Below are positions 12,603 through 26,769 of a stretch of DNA of 63,886 nt, piece after piece. The DNA is from Catajapyx aquilonaris (taxonomy: Eukaryota): NCBI GenBank assembly GCA_000934665.2, contig KZ538534.1:1-63886 (forward strand). Direction: 5' to 3'. The stretch's first letter is position 1. Every line of letters starts with the position of its first letter. Under the pieces are notes generated by a model. That model ran no database searches. It was not told the origin of the DNA and saw only the letters and a list, made by a program, of their open reading frames with translations. The translations under genes and the position numbers were made by a program.

Positions 12603-15600
12603 TACAACTGCAGAAGTATTCCGTGCAGTTATTGTTGCAACGTGCACAACGGCTACTGTAAACAAGCTGGTTCTCACGCCTATGTATTTAACTGGGAGTG
12701 TCTATTCAGCTAATATTTCAGCTTAATTGACATCCACTTTTTTAACAATAGGATTTTTCGCGCCTTTGTTTGACTTATCTTACAATCGTTACACTCCAGC
12801 TACTTCCAATGAGAGAAATCCCAATCCAGATTTTCGCAATTGCATTGCGCTATTTACAGCTATAAAACAACCAAAGTGCACTTAACTCTTCCCAGCTGTC
12901 TCTGCACACTTCCTGTTTTGCCGTGTGTCAACCCCCTGTAAGTAATGGATTAAAATCCCGGTTTTAAAAGAAGAAACATACGCAATGGCCGGGGTGGGGT
13001 TAGGAATAGGAACAGGTTTAGTGGTTGAGAAATCCTTGGAACCCGCCATGAATTATTCTTCTCGTTGTCAGAAATAAACGTCGCCATGGAGAATTTCTAG
13101 AATTAATCTCAGTTTACAGCAAAAAAAAGAGAAGTGTTTACATCACGAAGGTTACAGCTTCCATCTTGAAAATGACGTCATACTTTACGACGCGTTTAAA
13201 ATTTATTAAGAGAGAAATCTATTTAATTAATCTGGTTTTTTTCCGTATATATTCAGAACTATAGTGAAGGGGATTAGTTGGTGATAAACATGAGGATTGT
13301 TCAAGGAAAACGACGTGTGCAAACTAATGTGATGATGATTCCAACCAGAGATAACGCCGCTAGCGGAAAATTTATTAACTCCGGCCGTTACAAGGCAGTT
13401 GGACATTTAGATGCTCTAAAAACCACTCGAAATGACTCAGCTCCATTATTAATCCCTTGTCATGGCGGTACAAGTTGTTTTTTTATATGTAAAAGGGGGT
13501 CAAGTGGCTAGTTTACCTGACATATGTCTCAATTATTGTACTGACCACAGAGACCGAAATATATACCAAAAGGGATGTCACTCATTGAATGACACTTGAC
13601 AAACGGGTGTTCTTAGTTCCCTCTGGTAGGGACCCCAGCATTACAAGCCGCCGCCATCTCGACCCTACCAAACTCCCCATTGTCCGCCTGTCAACGCCCC
13701 GTCACAAGGACACCTGTTCGACCCTCCAACTGTACTTCAGGAAGCCCCTTTCCAAGCGCGCGCGCTTGGAGGGGACTCATTGACTATTCCAGAGGGTTGA
13801 TACCCTAGGAGTTTGATAACTTGATATGTCTTTCGAGTAGGGGATCGTTTGGCCGGATTGCTGGGATGCATCGGATTTTTTGGGGGTTGTCCTGGGCTGT
13901 GACATCTGACACTGTGACACATTATGCTATGTCGCGAAATAGGATGCTCAAGCCGTCAAGCGTCCGACCAATCAGAAGTCTCAGCAGAAATAGTTCGATT
14001 TTGCCTTGGAAACACATGGAAATAAATGTTATTCATAATAACGCAGCCACTTAATTCAATTTAATGTTACATTAACCCAGCTATGCCTGAATTGTTTTTT
14101 AAGTATCATTTATTTATACTGTATACGTATACATTTATTTATTTATATCGTGCATTCATTCTTTTTGTTTATTTATGTATTCGTTCATTTTATTCGTTTT
14201 ATTTATTTAAATTAATTAATTTGTAAATATATTAATTTAAATTAATTTTTATATGTTTTTATGAACAAATTAAGAACTGGCACTGAAATTCTGACCTTTG
14301 TAGTGTCATATATTACATAGGACGTCAGGCATATCTGAGAATTGCCCTCTGTAAGCGTTTCATATCTAGACAAGGGTGTCCTTCTGGTTGCATCTCTTCC
14401 AGGGTATGGCCCGCAATCTTCAAGGTCAACCCTCAGGGAACAGTTTCCCGTATCCTCCCGCAGTTTCATCCACTTGAGTCGAGACTATCTTCTTGAATGT
14501 GTCCCACGGAACACATTCAATACTCTGTTAAAGCTTATTCGGGATTTTCTCCGGAGCTTGAATCTCTAGTGGGAGGAGGGGAAAGGGGATGGGGGAAAAA
14601 ATCGTTTTCTAGGTTCACATATATTGCGGACAGGTCGCCATCTTGCATGACGGTGGTAAGTGGTTGTGGTGCCCCCTTTCTCCTGTCCACCTACAAGGCG
14701 CAAATCAATTGGGAGGACATGGTTAGTCGTTTTTACTGCATGGAACTCCACACACTGGTCTCCCGCCACATATCTCTCTTGGGTTTGACTTTAATGGCCT
14801 CCTGGGAGGATAGGGAGAGAGTTAAAAAGAACCAGTTCTCTCCGACTCCCGAAAACACAAGGAACCCTCCTATGTGGCGGGGTTGTCCCCTCTGCTGTTC
14901 TGGAGGGCAACCAGATAACAAGCGCTCCAATGTTACCTTGTACGTTTGTGTCGGCCGGCTTGAAATACTAGAGGCGATTAGTAGAATCGAGGCTGTTCGT
15001 CTTAGGCTTCCTCGTAATGAAGTAGTTGGGTCTGGCAAGTGATGTATGTGGTGTAGGGCCAGCTATGGAGCCTGCTCTGGGCCACTATTCCTGAACGCAC
15101 ACTTTGATATTAAATTTCTATTTATGCAATACGTCAGTAAGGCTGAAAATCGTCATGTAGGTACATTGGAATGTGAGGAATACATTGCGAGCTAATGCGC
15201 ATGTCTCATTTCTGCTTAGAAGTACTGCGCATGCTTTATCCTGGCAGGTGCTACTGCGCATCTCATGATGTTGGGATATGCGCATGCGCTGACTCTTCGG
15301 AGCTTCTGCGCGTGCGTTCACAGCTACTTTCGTGCCTATTTCGTACCCGTTTAGCACCCATTTGACTAACAGCCTGCTGCTACGGCCATCTAGTCCCCCC
15401 ATAGTCTCCTATGAGCCTGGTAGGGAGGTGAGACTTTTCTTGTAGCGTTTCAAAAGCACATTACTGTCTGAGCTGGGCGCATTTTATGAATAGGGTAATG
15501 GTCCGGCCGCCTTTCTTAATGGCGCTTGCTTCTGGTCCGTTATGTGCGGGTTATTTTCTGACGCGCAAGGACGCGGAGTCTTTACCCAGTGAGCTATGGG

Positions 15601-18600
15601 ACACTGAAAATGAGTTACGAGCAGACTCTCTCTCTCTCTCCCTACCCCCATCTCTCGAATGGTGGTAGTTCTGCTGAATTACGATCTGGTTTATCCTCCA
15701 TCTTTCATAAGGAGGTTCGGGGTCGTAAAGCAAGCTAACTTTTGCCACCTGTCGACAACTTTCATGGGGATCCCCCCGTGTCATAAAGCCATCCTCCGAC
15801 GCCAAAATGGCACCTGCCGGGCTGAAGTTGGCAGTACCATGCTTTATGGTGGTCTCTGGAACCTTACGTCAAGTTTGACCACAGGGTTTTTGCCAGGTGA
15901 ATAACAAGGAGTTTGCGTGCTAGAGACGCAACTACTATTCATTCCTGCGCAAAAAGAACAATGGAGCTTATCACGCGAATTTCATATCAAATGTATCATG
16001 CTGTCTTCTGTAGCGTCTGTTTTTTGGATAGTATTTTTTTTGTGAAGCTTCCCATGGTGGGTACGTGCTCCTTCACGCCGTGCATGCATTAGTGAGAGGG
16101 TTTGAAATGATAGCTAGCAGGAACTATTTTTTGGCAGGGGACATGGGGAGGGTTGCTGACAAATATTCTTCATTTGGGTGAAAGCAGTGTCCCATAGGAG
16201 TTGTCAACATCATCGAATTTCTCAATTTATGGGGTTATTTACACAGCCACCATTTGGTTGATATGGACAGTGTTGCCAGTCCTTCACTTGAAGTAAACAA
16301 TACATCTAGTCTTGAACTATGCACATAGACCGTTAGTTAGTGAGCTAGAGATATTTTCCGACTAGATAATAATCACTCTCACAGTCTCACGTCAAGTGAA
16401 GGACCTTCGAGAGCGTACAGTTATGTGTTCATTATAATTATTTGCTGGCTACCTGTATGCAGGGTTGATAGACATCCTACATGTTGCGATAGTTGCGTGC
16501 TGCCGTGATTGCAAATTAAAGCTAATTATGACATCATCATGTTGATTATGGAACTGTCATTACTGTATTATTAGATGGTTGTTGTCCAAAACTTTTTGAG
16601 GTCACCATTGGTCAGCCTGACTTTCTCCATCGACACTACACCCATTTGCAGGTTATAGCCACTCTGCCAATACGGGACTGGAGACAAAGGGCTCCAGGTT
16701 AGGACCCATGCCGCATGAGGGCAGTGTGAGCGTGAGCGTGGCGCCCGAGTAAAATGGGTCCGGGTGGTCATAAAACCATCCACAGAACAGCAATCTCAGG
16801 ACCACGCGAACGGTTTACAAGTCTTTTACTGTCCAATGCGATATGCAATGAAGGCAAGGGACGGGCAGTGTTTACGCTTTTATTGGAGGGGGCCGGATGC
16901 GGCGCCAAAGGGCTGCCAACCATGCCTCATGGGTGCCAGCCAGGTGGCAGGCCCTACCCCTTTTGGATTGTTGGAAGGCAACCTGACCTTTTGGACATGA
17001 GGGGTGTAATGGGCGATGAAGTAAGACTATTCGTGTTTTGCGCGGAAAACCGCACTAAATCTCTCGCCGTTAACTAACCCGCCAGCGTTAATTCCGTCGT
17101 AAAGCTTCATAACAGTCAGGCCTTAGTCTGTTATCAGGGAACTTTGAAACACGCCCAGCTCCTTCATCATTCTTACCAGGAACTCAAAACCGCTTCTGAC
17201 TTTTCATACCGCATCGGATTATGATACGGGCTAATCCTAAATAAAACAGGAATAATAGGGCCAATGGGGCGATCTGGAAGAGTTATGGCGAATTGTGGGA
17301 TCCTGTAGTATAAAATGTGATGCATAAAGCCTACTCGTTTTGATTTTTTACTGATTTTATGGTTAATTTGGTTCAATATATGACATTTGTCATTTTTACG
17401 AATCATTTAACGAATGGCTTTTCACACATATGCGAAAGATTACTTTATAAACAAAATATCACAACGGCTTTTTTCCCACCCTAAAAGTGCGAACCGGTCT
17501 GGTTTATGATTACGTATACACCTAACAAGATGAATTACTCCTCGCGGGAGTTACATCTGTTTGCAGAGTGCATCCATGTAATGGCGTCCAGCTTTGATGA
17601 TGGATGGGAACCGTGTTTTTTTTTGTTTTGTTTTTTTAAAATTCCTCTCTCCCTCCAGTTGTTTCCTCTCCAACAACACTCTTTAGATCCCCGTGGTAGT
17701 GACCGCAGGCCAGGCCTAGTCCCAGCATTACACATTCATCACGCTCCACTACCTGCTCTCTCCCACCCCCCTTATCTGCTTCTCACACGCTCATGCTATT
17801 TCTCATTAATATTTCAGAGACAATTGTTTTTCCTAGTAATTGCGATAACTCCATCATGTTTGCCAGCTGATTATAAAATGGCGGGGGAGAAGAAAAAAAA
17901 ATTTAGCACGCGAGAATCACATCATGGCGGACGTGCAATAAGCAGGTGTCGAAATACGAGTGATTTGGATGTTGATAAGTGCACGAATTGTATGGGTTTG
18001 TGACTTTGAGCCGATTTGATTATTTGGCTGGTGCAATTTAATAAGTGGTTGATTACTGTTTATTATTTGTCATTAATTAATTCTTTAACCACTTCTACGT
18101 AAAATTCCTGTTTTTTTCATGAACTGTTGACTTATTGCTTTTACTGAACTTGCAACCAGGTTGGCTACCCTGCTCTTCTGGCTCCAAAAGAAAGTTTTAC
18201 CCCTCCCTTCAAAGGACGGGCTGCTGCGCCTTGCAAACACTTGTGTCAGTTTATGGCTGCCCTGTCTTGATGAATAAATAAAGCTATCTGGAGAACCATT
18301 TATCAAACCGATGCCCCCCCCCCCACCCCCTACCCTACCCTTCCTACCTCCCTATATGAAAGCATCATAAATTTCGGTCCGCTTTGTAGTCTCCGGGCCC
18401 CCAAATGCGGCTCTAAGACAACTAGCAAAATGGCGTGTGCATATGTGCATATGAAAAAAAACACACATTGAGAAAATGAGCACGTATGGAAAACAGCGTG
18501 TGAACGACATCAAGAAATTCATCTAATTTAATCATCAGTGACATCCAGCTCATTAGATGCGTTATCAATGCCATCTGTTGTTTAGCAGCCTGAGTCCTGA

Positions 18601-19417
18601 ACATATTTCTTCATTAGGCACCTATTGGTACACTCGCAAACAAGTATGGAAATCTGATGTTGATAAGATGCCTTCAAGGATACGTCACAAATCATCCTCA
18701 AGACGTTCCCGGAAGGTTCAGAAGAATTCCAACATAAATCACTTGAAGTTCCTCGGTTAATCAAGAGTAATTTATGCCCCTCTGATCACCTTTTCCAGCG
18801 CGTAATGGTGTCATTGGGCACATAAAACTTTTGGGGCGCCAACCGCACATGTGAACACACACACACACACCCCTCGAGCGATATAAAGTCATCCGGCGCA
18901 TTTTTTGGAACCGGACCAAAGCAATATATTCAAAAATTTTATGATGGAGGAAAGGTTAGGAAATCTGCATTACATTTATCACCCGGTTTTTTGGCGCTGG
19001 GAATGTGCGCCGCAACTTGGACTCAGAATTATGGTTGTCATGTGCGGATGATACCGTTGACAACTGGCCATCATTTTTTCCGTAGTGTGTGGGAGCCATG
19101 TTGGAATAACGTTTATTTTCATGGGGATGTGTGTGGCGTACTGTAGGCTACTGTGGCGTGAATCTACAAGATGGCGCTACTGTCGACGTTTAAAGTGAAG
19201 ATGGCGCCACTGCCGATTTTTAAAGGTGAAGATGGCGCCAGTGTCGTATTATACTGCTACTTAGAAATTTATTGTAAATAAATATTAAAATACAGTATAG
19301 AGAAATAAATGAAACAAAAATAAACATTAATAAATGACTAGTAATTAATAAAATGAATAAATAAGTATCGGTAGTAGATACAATTAAACTAAAAATAATT
19401 AATTATGAAATTAAACG

Positions 19418-19642
19418 ACATAAATTAATTCATGAAAAACAAAATAAAATATTCACTGAATAAAAATTGAAATAAATGAAATAAAACCACATAAATTAAT
19501 TCATGAAAAACAAAATAAAATATTCACTGAATAAAAATTGAAATAAATGAAATAAGAAATTCAATGAATAAATATTGAAACGAATGAAATAAAATATTCA
19601 ATGAATAAATATTGAAATAAATGAAATAAAATATTCAATGAA
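19418..19642. repeat. AT-rich tandem duplication/minisatellite
   Basis: Repeated cataaattaattcatgaaaaacaaaataaaatattcactgaataaaaattgaaataaatgaaataa and shorter derivatives. Confidence 0.85.
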
Positions 19643-20067
19643 TTTCGGAAATACATGATATAATTGTGAAAAAATGTGTATAAATGAAAAGTCAAAAATT
19701 GATATTCACGTCGCGCAATTAGAATGTAGATAACGCGTTCTCTTTATCGCAAATGGGTGCTTTTTAGCCTGAGTGGCCCCCTGAAGGCTGGTTTGAAAAT
19801 TCTTTATAATAAGGTTATTTTCTTCCGCAACTTTATCTCCAGCAATTATCTTTGCCAGTAGGGTGATTAGACGAAGGGACAGAGTTGCATAGAAATTGCC
19901 ACAAGGTTTTCTCCCCCCACTAGATAGCGCCACCTCCCAGAATTTTTCGGCACAAATCAATTTTTATCGCACAAACCCAAATTTTGACCCAGAAAAACAC
20001 CCCCCCCCTTGCCACACCCTATGTTTCCCTCCCTCCCTCCCTCCCTCCCTCCCTCCCTCCCCCCTTC

Positions 20068-20271
20068 NNNNNNNNNNNNNNNNNNNNNNNNNNNNNNNNN
20101 NNNNNNNNNNNNNNNNNNNNNNNNNNNNNNNNNNNNNNNNNNNNNNNNNNNNNNNNNNNNNNNNNNNNNNNNNNNNNNNNNNNNNNNNNNNNNNNNNNNN
20201 NNNNNNNNNNNNNNNNNNNNNNNNNNNNNNNNNNNNNNNNNNNNNNNNNNNNNNNNNNNNNNNNNNNNNNN
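20068..20271. other. Assembly gap (204 N)
   Basis: Run of N flanked by (CCCT)n on the left and poly-G on the right. Confidence 0.99.
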
Positions 20272-20548
20272 GGGGGGGGGGGGGGGGAGAGAAGGCGCGA
20301 TATATATATTTTTTTTGAAAATGGGGGAAGTCCCGGTTATTTATGACCAATCGTGTCCGCTTTGGTGGTGTGGTCCAAAGTGTCTTTCACCCTGAGGCTT
20401 CCGGACGGAAGCTACAAGTGGACTCTAATGGGGCGTGCTCCTTGAGGAGGACATTTGTCTTAGGTAGGATGGTGCAGTTTCCCACTGGTCCATTTCCCAT
20501 AAGAACTGGTCCTAACTAGCGACCGATAGAGGTGGAAATGCCCATCTT

Positions 20549-20791
20549 AGAGAGGCTCGCCAAACTCTGATTGGCTGGAGTAATTATGGACTTCTATGGA
20601 GGCCGCCATATTGAGTTGCTGCGTCATAATCGACTCCGATTGGCTGGAGCCAGTACTCCAGCCAATCGAAGTCGCTCGTGACGTCAGATCCGGCCTCATT
20701 TTCCATAGAAACGCAATATGGCGGCCTACATATGACAGGAAAACAGTACATAATTACTCCAGCCAATGACGTCATAAGTTGGCGACTCTCT
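20549..20791. mobile_element. Palindromic MITE-like element with nested inverted repeats
   Basis: attggctggagtaattatg...cataattactccagccaat (20570-20767); aggccgccatattg/caatatggcggcct; central gattggctggag-ccagta-ctccagccaatc. No clear TSD. Confidence 0.6.
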
Positions 20792-21909
20792 GCATGGTCG
20801 TGGTGTGGTCCGAGTTGCAAGAAACATATTTATTGAAACTAGCCTCATATTAGGCTGCCACAAGAAAGCTGTAGCCTCCACCCAGGTCCACATCATGACC
20901 TATCGCCATCTATCGGTGAAATTTGATTACAACCCCATCTATTGACTATATGACGATGATATTCGCCGTGACCATGCCTTGGTAGGCTATACCCCAAGGC
21001 GTATTTACCCACGGTGCTAGATAGGTCAAGTCTGTCGGTTGAGTAGGCGTCTAATATGGCAAACAGCTGCTGGCATGAGCTCATTCGTCTTCATTACCCT
21101 TACTTCTTTAGCACCAGGTCAGCTCCTGTGCACACACATAATGGTCATATGTACATAGAGGGCTAAAAATACCAGTACGTGGAAGCCCACTTGCAAAAGG
21201 TCAGCTGGAAGGGGCGAATGACACGAACATGAACATGTTTACGCGTCGTTTGGTATTGCCACTATAAATTTTCTCCGGCGGCGGTTTACACTGACATATC
21301 CTGGAAAGAAATGAGCATTAAAGTCAGTGCGTATTTGACGGTGGAATTAATGACAATAAAGGCTTGATTTATGTGGCTTTTAAACGATACTTAAAGCATC
21401 AAAGGCCGGGTTCTTCAAGCAACAAGCAAAAGAGTGGGAGCCATTGCTGTTGCAATTAAATGTTGCAAAAGCGCTTATTTTGCATCGAATTGGCCCATTT
21501 TGTGTCAGAACACTTTTAATCTATTGTTGCACTTGTGGAGATGAAGGGGTGGGAAATATTTGAAGAATCTAGACATGGGGTGAGTTACGAAGCATGAAAT
21601 GACATGCAGCACGTCCTCTTAATCATAAGAAATGTGTCGTCCCCCTTTGAAACATCCACATGTGCGACACACCGGGTAGTTGCCAAGAGTGGTGGTATGC
21701 CATCTTCTTCCCCCTCCAATCTTGGAGGCTGATGAGGGTAATGGAGCATGAGACAGAAGAAATCTGGCGGCAGAAGTTGCCTTCTCTTCAAATGCTGCGA
21801 GGATGCAAAATAGCTGGCGGTGTGAAGAGATTTATCACGTCTTGTCTTCGGTTTGCATACCAAAGAAGAAGAGGACGTACGGACGTATATCGGGTCAAGA
21901 AAGAAGAAA

Positions 21910-22054
21910 GACAGTGCTGGCATCTACCAGTGAAGTCATTGACAATGATGGTATTTACCAATGAAGTCATTGACAGTGCTGTCACCTACCAGTCAAGTCA
22001 ACTATAGTGCTGCCATCTACCAATGAAGTCAACGACAGTGCTGCCATCTACCAG
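21910..22054 (-). repeat. 31-bp minisatellite (~4.7 copies) with CTCF-like motif
   Basis: Unit gacagtgctgccatctaccagtgaagtcatt; minus strand reads TGGTAGATGGCAGCA. Confidence 0.85.
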
Positions 22055-24614
22055 CTTTATTCAAACACTATGATGGAACATGGCCAATGTCGCCTGTCGT
22101 GTAAAACCCCAGCCATGAGGCTTAGATCTAGGCTAGATTGAGGGGGGGGGGGGCTTAAAATATGCGGGATCTATTTTTTACTGGTTGCTCGCTCATGGCA
22201 GAGATTTTCCCAGGCCCTGGCGCCCTGTTTCTGCTACGCCTCGCGTCCCAGAAGGCAGATGAGGTGCGACAGGCCACGCATCTGCCACAAGAAAAGAAGG
22301 TTTCTTTCTTGGGAACCTCAGGAGAATTAGTTTTGCTTGGAAGATGAGGGAAGACCGTCAACGCTCGGACCACTCACAAGTCAAGCATGAGCTAACCAGG
22401 GTTGCCAGGCTTTTCAGCACATTATGGCGACAGCACCGCATCTGCCGGACGTCAATTCAGCCATATGTGGTCTGACTTATTGATGAAGTATGCTGATTTA
22501 ATAAGCCTAGGGGAAAGAGTCGTTTATTGTTATTGTTATCAGCACTGGCATCGTGGCACGGCACATCCGTTTCCAAATTGAAGAAATAAATTTAAATATA
22601 TTAATAATTATTTAAAACCACTATAAAACGGGAGTAATATATGTATAAAATAACAACACTTATAAATTCAAGAATTATTAATAATTAAAGTGTACAATAA
22701 TGTACTAAACAGATATTAATGTAATGCAATAAAATAAATGAATTTTTGAACCAACCTAAGATGTAATGATCATATGAAATTTCACATGTGGACTCACTGA
22801 TGAAGTATGCTGATTTAATAAGCGGCAAATATTTTATGAATATAATCATCAGAATGATCGTGGCAGGGCACATCCGTTTCCCAATTGATTAAATACCTGG
22901 GAGTGTGAGTCAGGAGGAAACTGGTTGTGTCGCCCAGCAATGGCTGGTAATTATCTCTAGCGTTACGACCAAATTTACGGCGGTAAAAAAGTGATTTACT
23001 GTGTATTCAGCAGTCTCTTTGTTTCCGCATGCGGTCTGTTTCAGCTAGGACTGGTCTTCCAACATTTTTTTTGCTTCTTACCTGACATGACACCGGGACA
23101 GTATCGCATTAATTAGCATGAGTCATGGTGTGCGCAGTTAAGAAAAGATGGAGTGAAAAGTATCGGTAGAGGTACCGGCTCTCGTAACTTGGCACCTTTA
23201 CTTTTTGTGGCCGATTGTTGGGGAAGTGATTCTACCTGGCGGTACTTCAAGGTGTGGTGATTTATCGTGCATCGCTTCAAATGATCTTGCATTGATGCTA
23301 AGTGCGGTTAATTTATGCGAACATTTGTATACGTCTTGCCAGGAGTCTTAATGGGCCTAGACAAACGATTGTTACCGTTGTCTGTTTTTTTTTACATGCT
23401 GAAGCAAGGTCTTCTGGACCAGTCAGCAGTAAGTGAGATTGATTGAATATGTGCAAGAAAGTTGTTTAATGGTAGCATCATTATCGCAACATGTATGATC
23501 AATTTTAAAATACGTCATATGTTGCCGTTATTATATTATTATTATGAAATTAATATAGCAGTTAATTATTCATTGTTAAGGTAAACCTGGCGTTGATAGT
23601 TGCTGGGCCATTGTCGAATACCTGCCCATACACCATCCACATAATAAACATGTTACGTAAATAATTTCCTACTCGAATACCGGCCTCTATAAAGCAGCAT
23701 CGCAATTCCATAAATTATCATTACATCGCCCCGAAGGTTACTTGTCGTGTAATTACTTACATGCTCGAGGCGCATCTGTAGGAACTGACCTGTAACTTCG
23801 CACCTCTAATTTATCGCGTAGGGTCGCAGCTGAACAATGGAACGCTCGTAACTTACAATCCAAGATGGTCGCCTGTCTCATAAGTGACGTCAGCTCCTTG
23901 TTCCAATGCCGCAAAAGTGGCAGACATATACGAACAACTCCCCGTCAAGATAACAAGCCCTTGACTTCCCTTCGAATTATTTGTTCCTGACACAGAAACA
24001 CAAAGGAGCTTCCCCCTCCCCATCTTAAAAAAATAGATAACCCTTGTGTGACAAAGCGTAGAATGGATCTCATGTCACCAAGTCGTTCTTCAGATGTCCC
24101 TCTTTGATAAGACCCCCGATCCAACCCTGATTTACAACAGGTCCGTGGCAAAATAAAAACCGATGCTGGAAGAGAAGATAACAAAAAAAGAAGGTCTAGA
24201 AAAGAAGCGGCAAAGGAGATATAAAATATGATCCGCCTAGGGTGTTACAAGTCGTTGGGCCAGCTCGCTAGCAGCTACTGGAAACTTGGCTGTGAAAAGT
24301 AGTCCTGTCGGAACGCCCTGGGTGGTCCCACTATTAGGCCGACCAGCAGTCAGGATTTATTGGCACGAGAAGGGTATAAAACGCAGCATGTCCTGTCCCT
24401 CTTGTCACCACGGAGGCCCCAACGCCGAAAGAAATAGGAGGCCGTCTCATGACCAGAATGCGGCACTAGGCCTAGCCTCGTCACGATGAGGCCACAGTGG
24501 TACCACTCCCATGGTGTGGATTCAGGTTTGGTAGGTTGAAAGGAAGAAAGAGGAGAGAGTATGCAAGATCACGATACGTTGAAACCGTTGGACAAGGTTC
24601 TGGAAGTGCGAGCT

Positions 24615-24733
24615 GCCAAGCGCCGATGGCCCGCGAACTGGGCGAAGCTCTACCGCCAAGCACCTATGGCCCGCGAACTGGGCGAAACCCTACCGCCAAG
24701 CGCCAATGGCACGCGAAGTGGGCGAAGCGCTAC
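24615..24733. repeat. GC-rich 40-bp tandem repeat (~3 copies)
   Basis: gccaagcgccgatggcccgcgaactgggcgaagctctacc x3. Confidence 0.9.
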
Positions 24734-26769
24734 GTACACTTAGAGCGCCGTGTAGATAATGAAGCCTACAGAACGTGACGTTATGGGCACCTCCCTGCCA
24801 CGTCATGCCATCCGCATGGGGGACGACCCTGAGGTCAGAAATCGACAACCGGAATGCTACGAATGAATGTTCCTTTGTAGTGAAAACCAGGATTTATGGA
24901 CATGGAAATGTGAAAGATGGCCGTAGTGACAGGCCACCTCTGGAGAACGGAATCAGTGTCATCCTAGGGAAAGAAATGACATCAGCGCCGTTTCTTCCCT
25001 GCTGGGCAAAGGTGAGAAACGTCCATTTTGAGAGTAACATAGAAGGACAATAGGAAAAGGTCTTGATTGGTAGACAGCCATGTTGCCACATATGATGTTG
25101 CTTATCGAAAGTTGACAGATTTGTGGTTGTCCTGGTAATGAGTCGTGTCGCACCTTTGTGACCTCAACGCCATAAGTCTTCCCGGCTGGGGGTCCCGGTT
25201 GGATCCGGGGGCGGCCCGCGGGAGGTGCTTGTCGGTGCGGAGGAAAAGAGAGATTTGGGTTGGTGATTTGTGGCCCAGGGAGGTCACACTCCAGGGGTTT
25301 GAAGGGACCCCCTGCTCTCTAGCCCGACAGATCCCTTCAAGATGGCTCCTGCAGACCAAAGACACACACAAGTGTGTGTACCACCTGGGATATGTTTACA
25401 ATGGCTCCATTATGCAAGGGAGGAATGAACTTTTGCACTATTGTTAGATTAGATTTGTACAATTATTGTGTACAGTGTTGGCAAATTAAGTATCGATATT
25501 CATGGTTGTTATAAGGAAATATGGTGAAATTCACACGTGCAGTATTTTCGCCTTCTTGATAAGAACTAGTGGCAATAACAATCACTTCAGGCATAAAACA
25601 TACTCCGCAACGGCATTTTCTCCACACAAGGCTGCCAGACAACAACCCATAAATTTTAATACTGGTCTGGAAAACAAGATCTCACGTGTCCGTTTCCTTT
25701 CATCTTAACTATGTCATCACTAGTACTGAGGACGACTCTTCTGGTTTTTCCTGGTCAACTATCAGAATTTTTTGTAGCTAACTAGTGATTGCGAACTCCC
25801 TTGCAAATAAATAAGCGGGCTTTTGTTCATGGGTAAAAGGTGTGGTCTTCCATCCTCTGCTTATCAGTTGCGGGACCATTATCAGCTGGCATAAATCAAG
25901 GCTAACTAGCTGCTTCCTTTGACGCTGGAAACCGAAAACACGCACAACGAGGGGTTTCCTATATTACGTCGGGGAATTTATGACGTTGTCATATGTTGCA
26001 ACCAGAATAGTTGAGGGTGGTAATTCTTCTGGTGGTGGTAGGTGGTGGTGGTGGAGGAAAATTTATATCTTTTGCCCCTCCTGGGCCACCATTAATTTCT
26101 GCCGCCGAACATTATTTCCTCTCCCACAGGCGTCTCTCTCAAAAGCCTCGGGATGGAGAATGAAGTATTTTGGCCCGGGCCAACACTAAAGTTTAATTGT
26201 AAAGCATAGCTGTCCGGGTCGCCGCCAGAGGGCTGGCTTCTTTTGAGCTCCCCTGTGGAGACCTCCCCAGAGGAGAGAATGAGGAATGGTTATACCTGCG
26301 ACCATTTTGGTGGAGACTTTTTAGACACCAGTTGCTTGAATTGATTCCATCATGTGCCGTTAGAACTATTCCTCTTGCACAAATTTGTTGCAATTTCTAC
26401 ATCTGCCCGTAAATCCTAAAGTCAACTTCAATATCGGTAGGATAATCTCTATTAATCGCAGTGATATTTGGGTTTTCCCGGTGTAATCCCCACATTGACA
26501 GAACACCTTGGCACCTATGACACCTCACCGGACTTAACCATCCGTCAAGCCACCCGACTTGACTGATGGGTAATTAAGACCCTGCAAGCCTAATTGCGTT
26601 CTCACACCTGTCCACACCTGGCTCTGACATCACACTACTTAGAGGTCATCCAACTCCGGAAAAAGGGTGTAAATGATGTACGGAGAGTGAGAACACCCTT
26701 CAAATCTATCGCACCTATGACCCATCTGACTTATCGGATGACTTAGACTGAGCCTCTATAGTATGGTTG

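Noticed and set aside
14497..15042. 181-aa ORF (second longest) and overlapping ORFs
   Set aside because: No recognisable domain or supported splice structure; consistent with chance ORFs.
17506..18003. 165-aa ORF (also 49628-50125 and 10197-10652)
   Set aside because: Low-complexity or random-looking translations with no family motifs.
19896..20395. Several >120-aa ORFs
   Set aside because: Artefacts of reading through the N gap.
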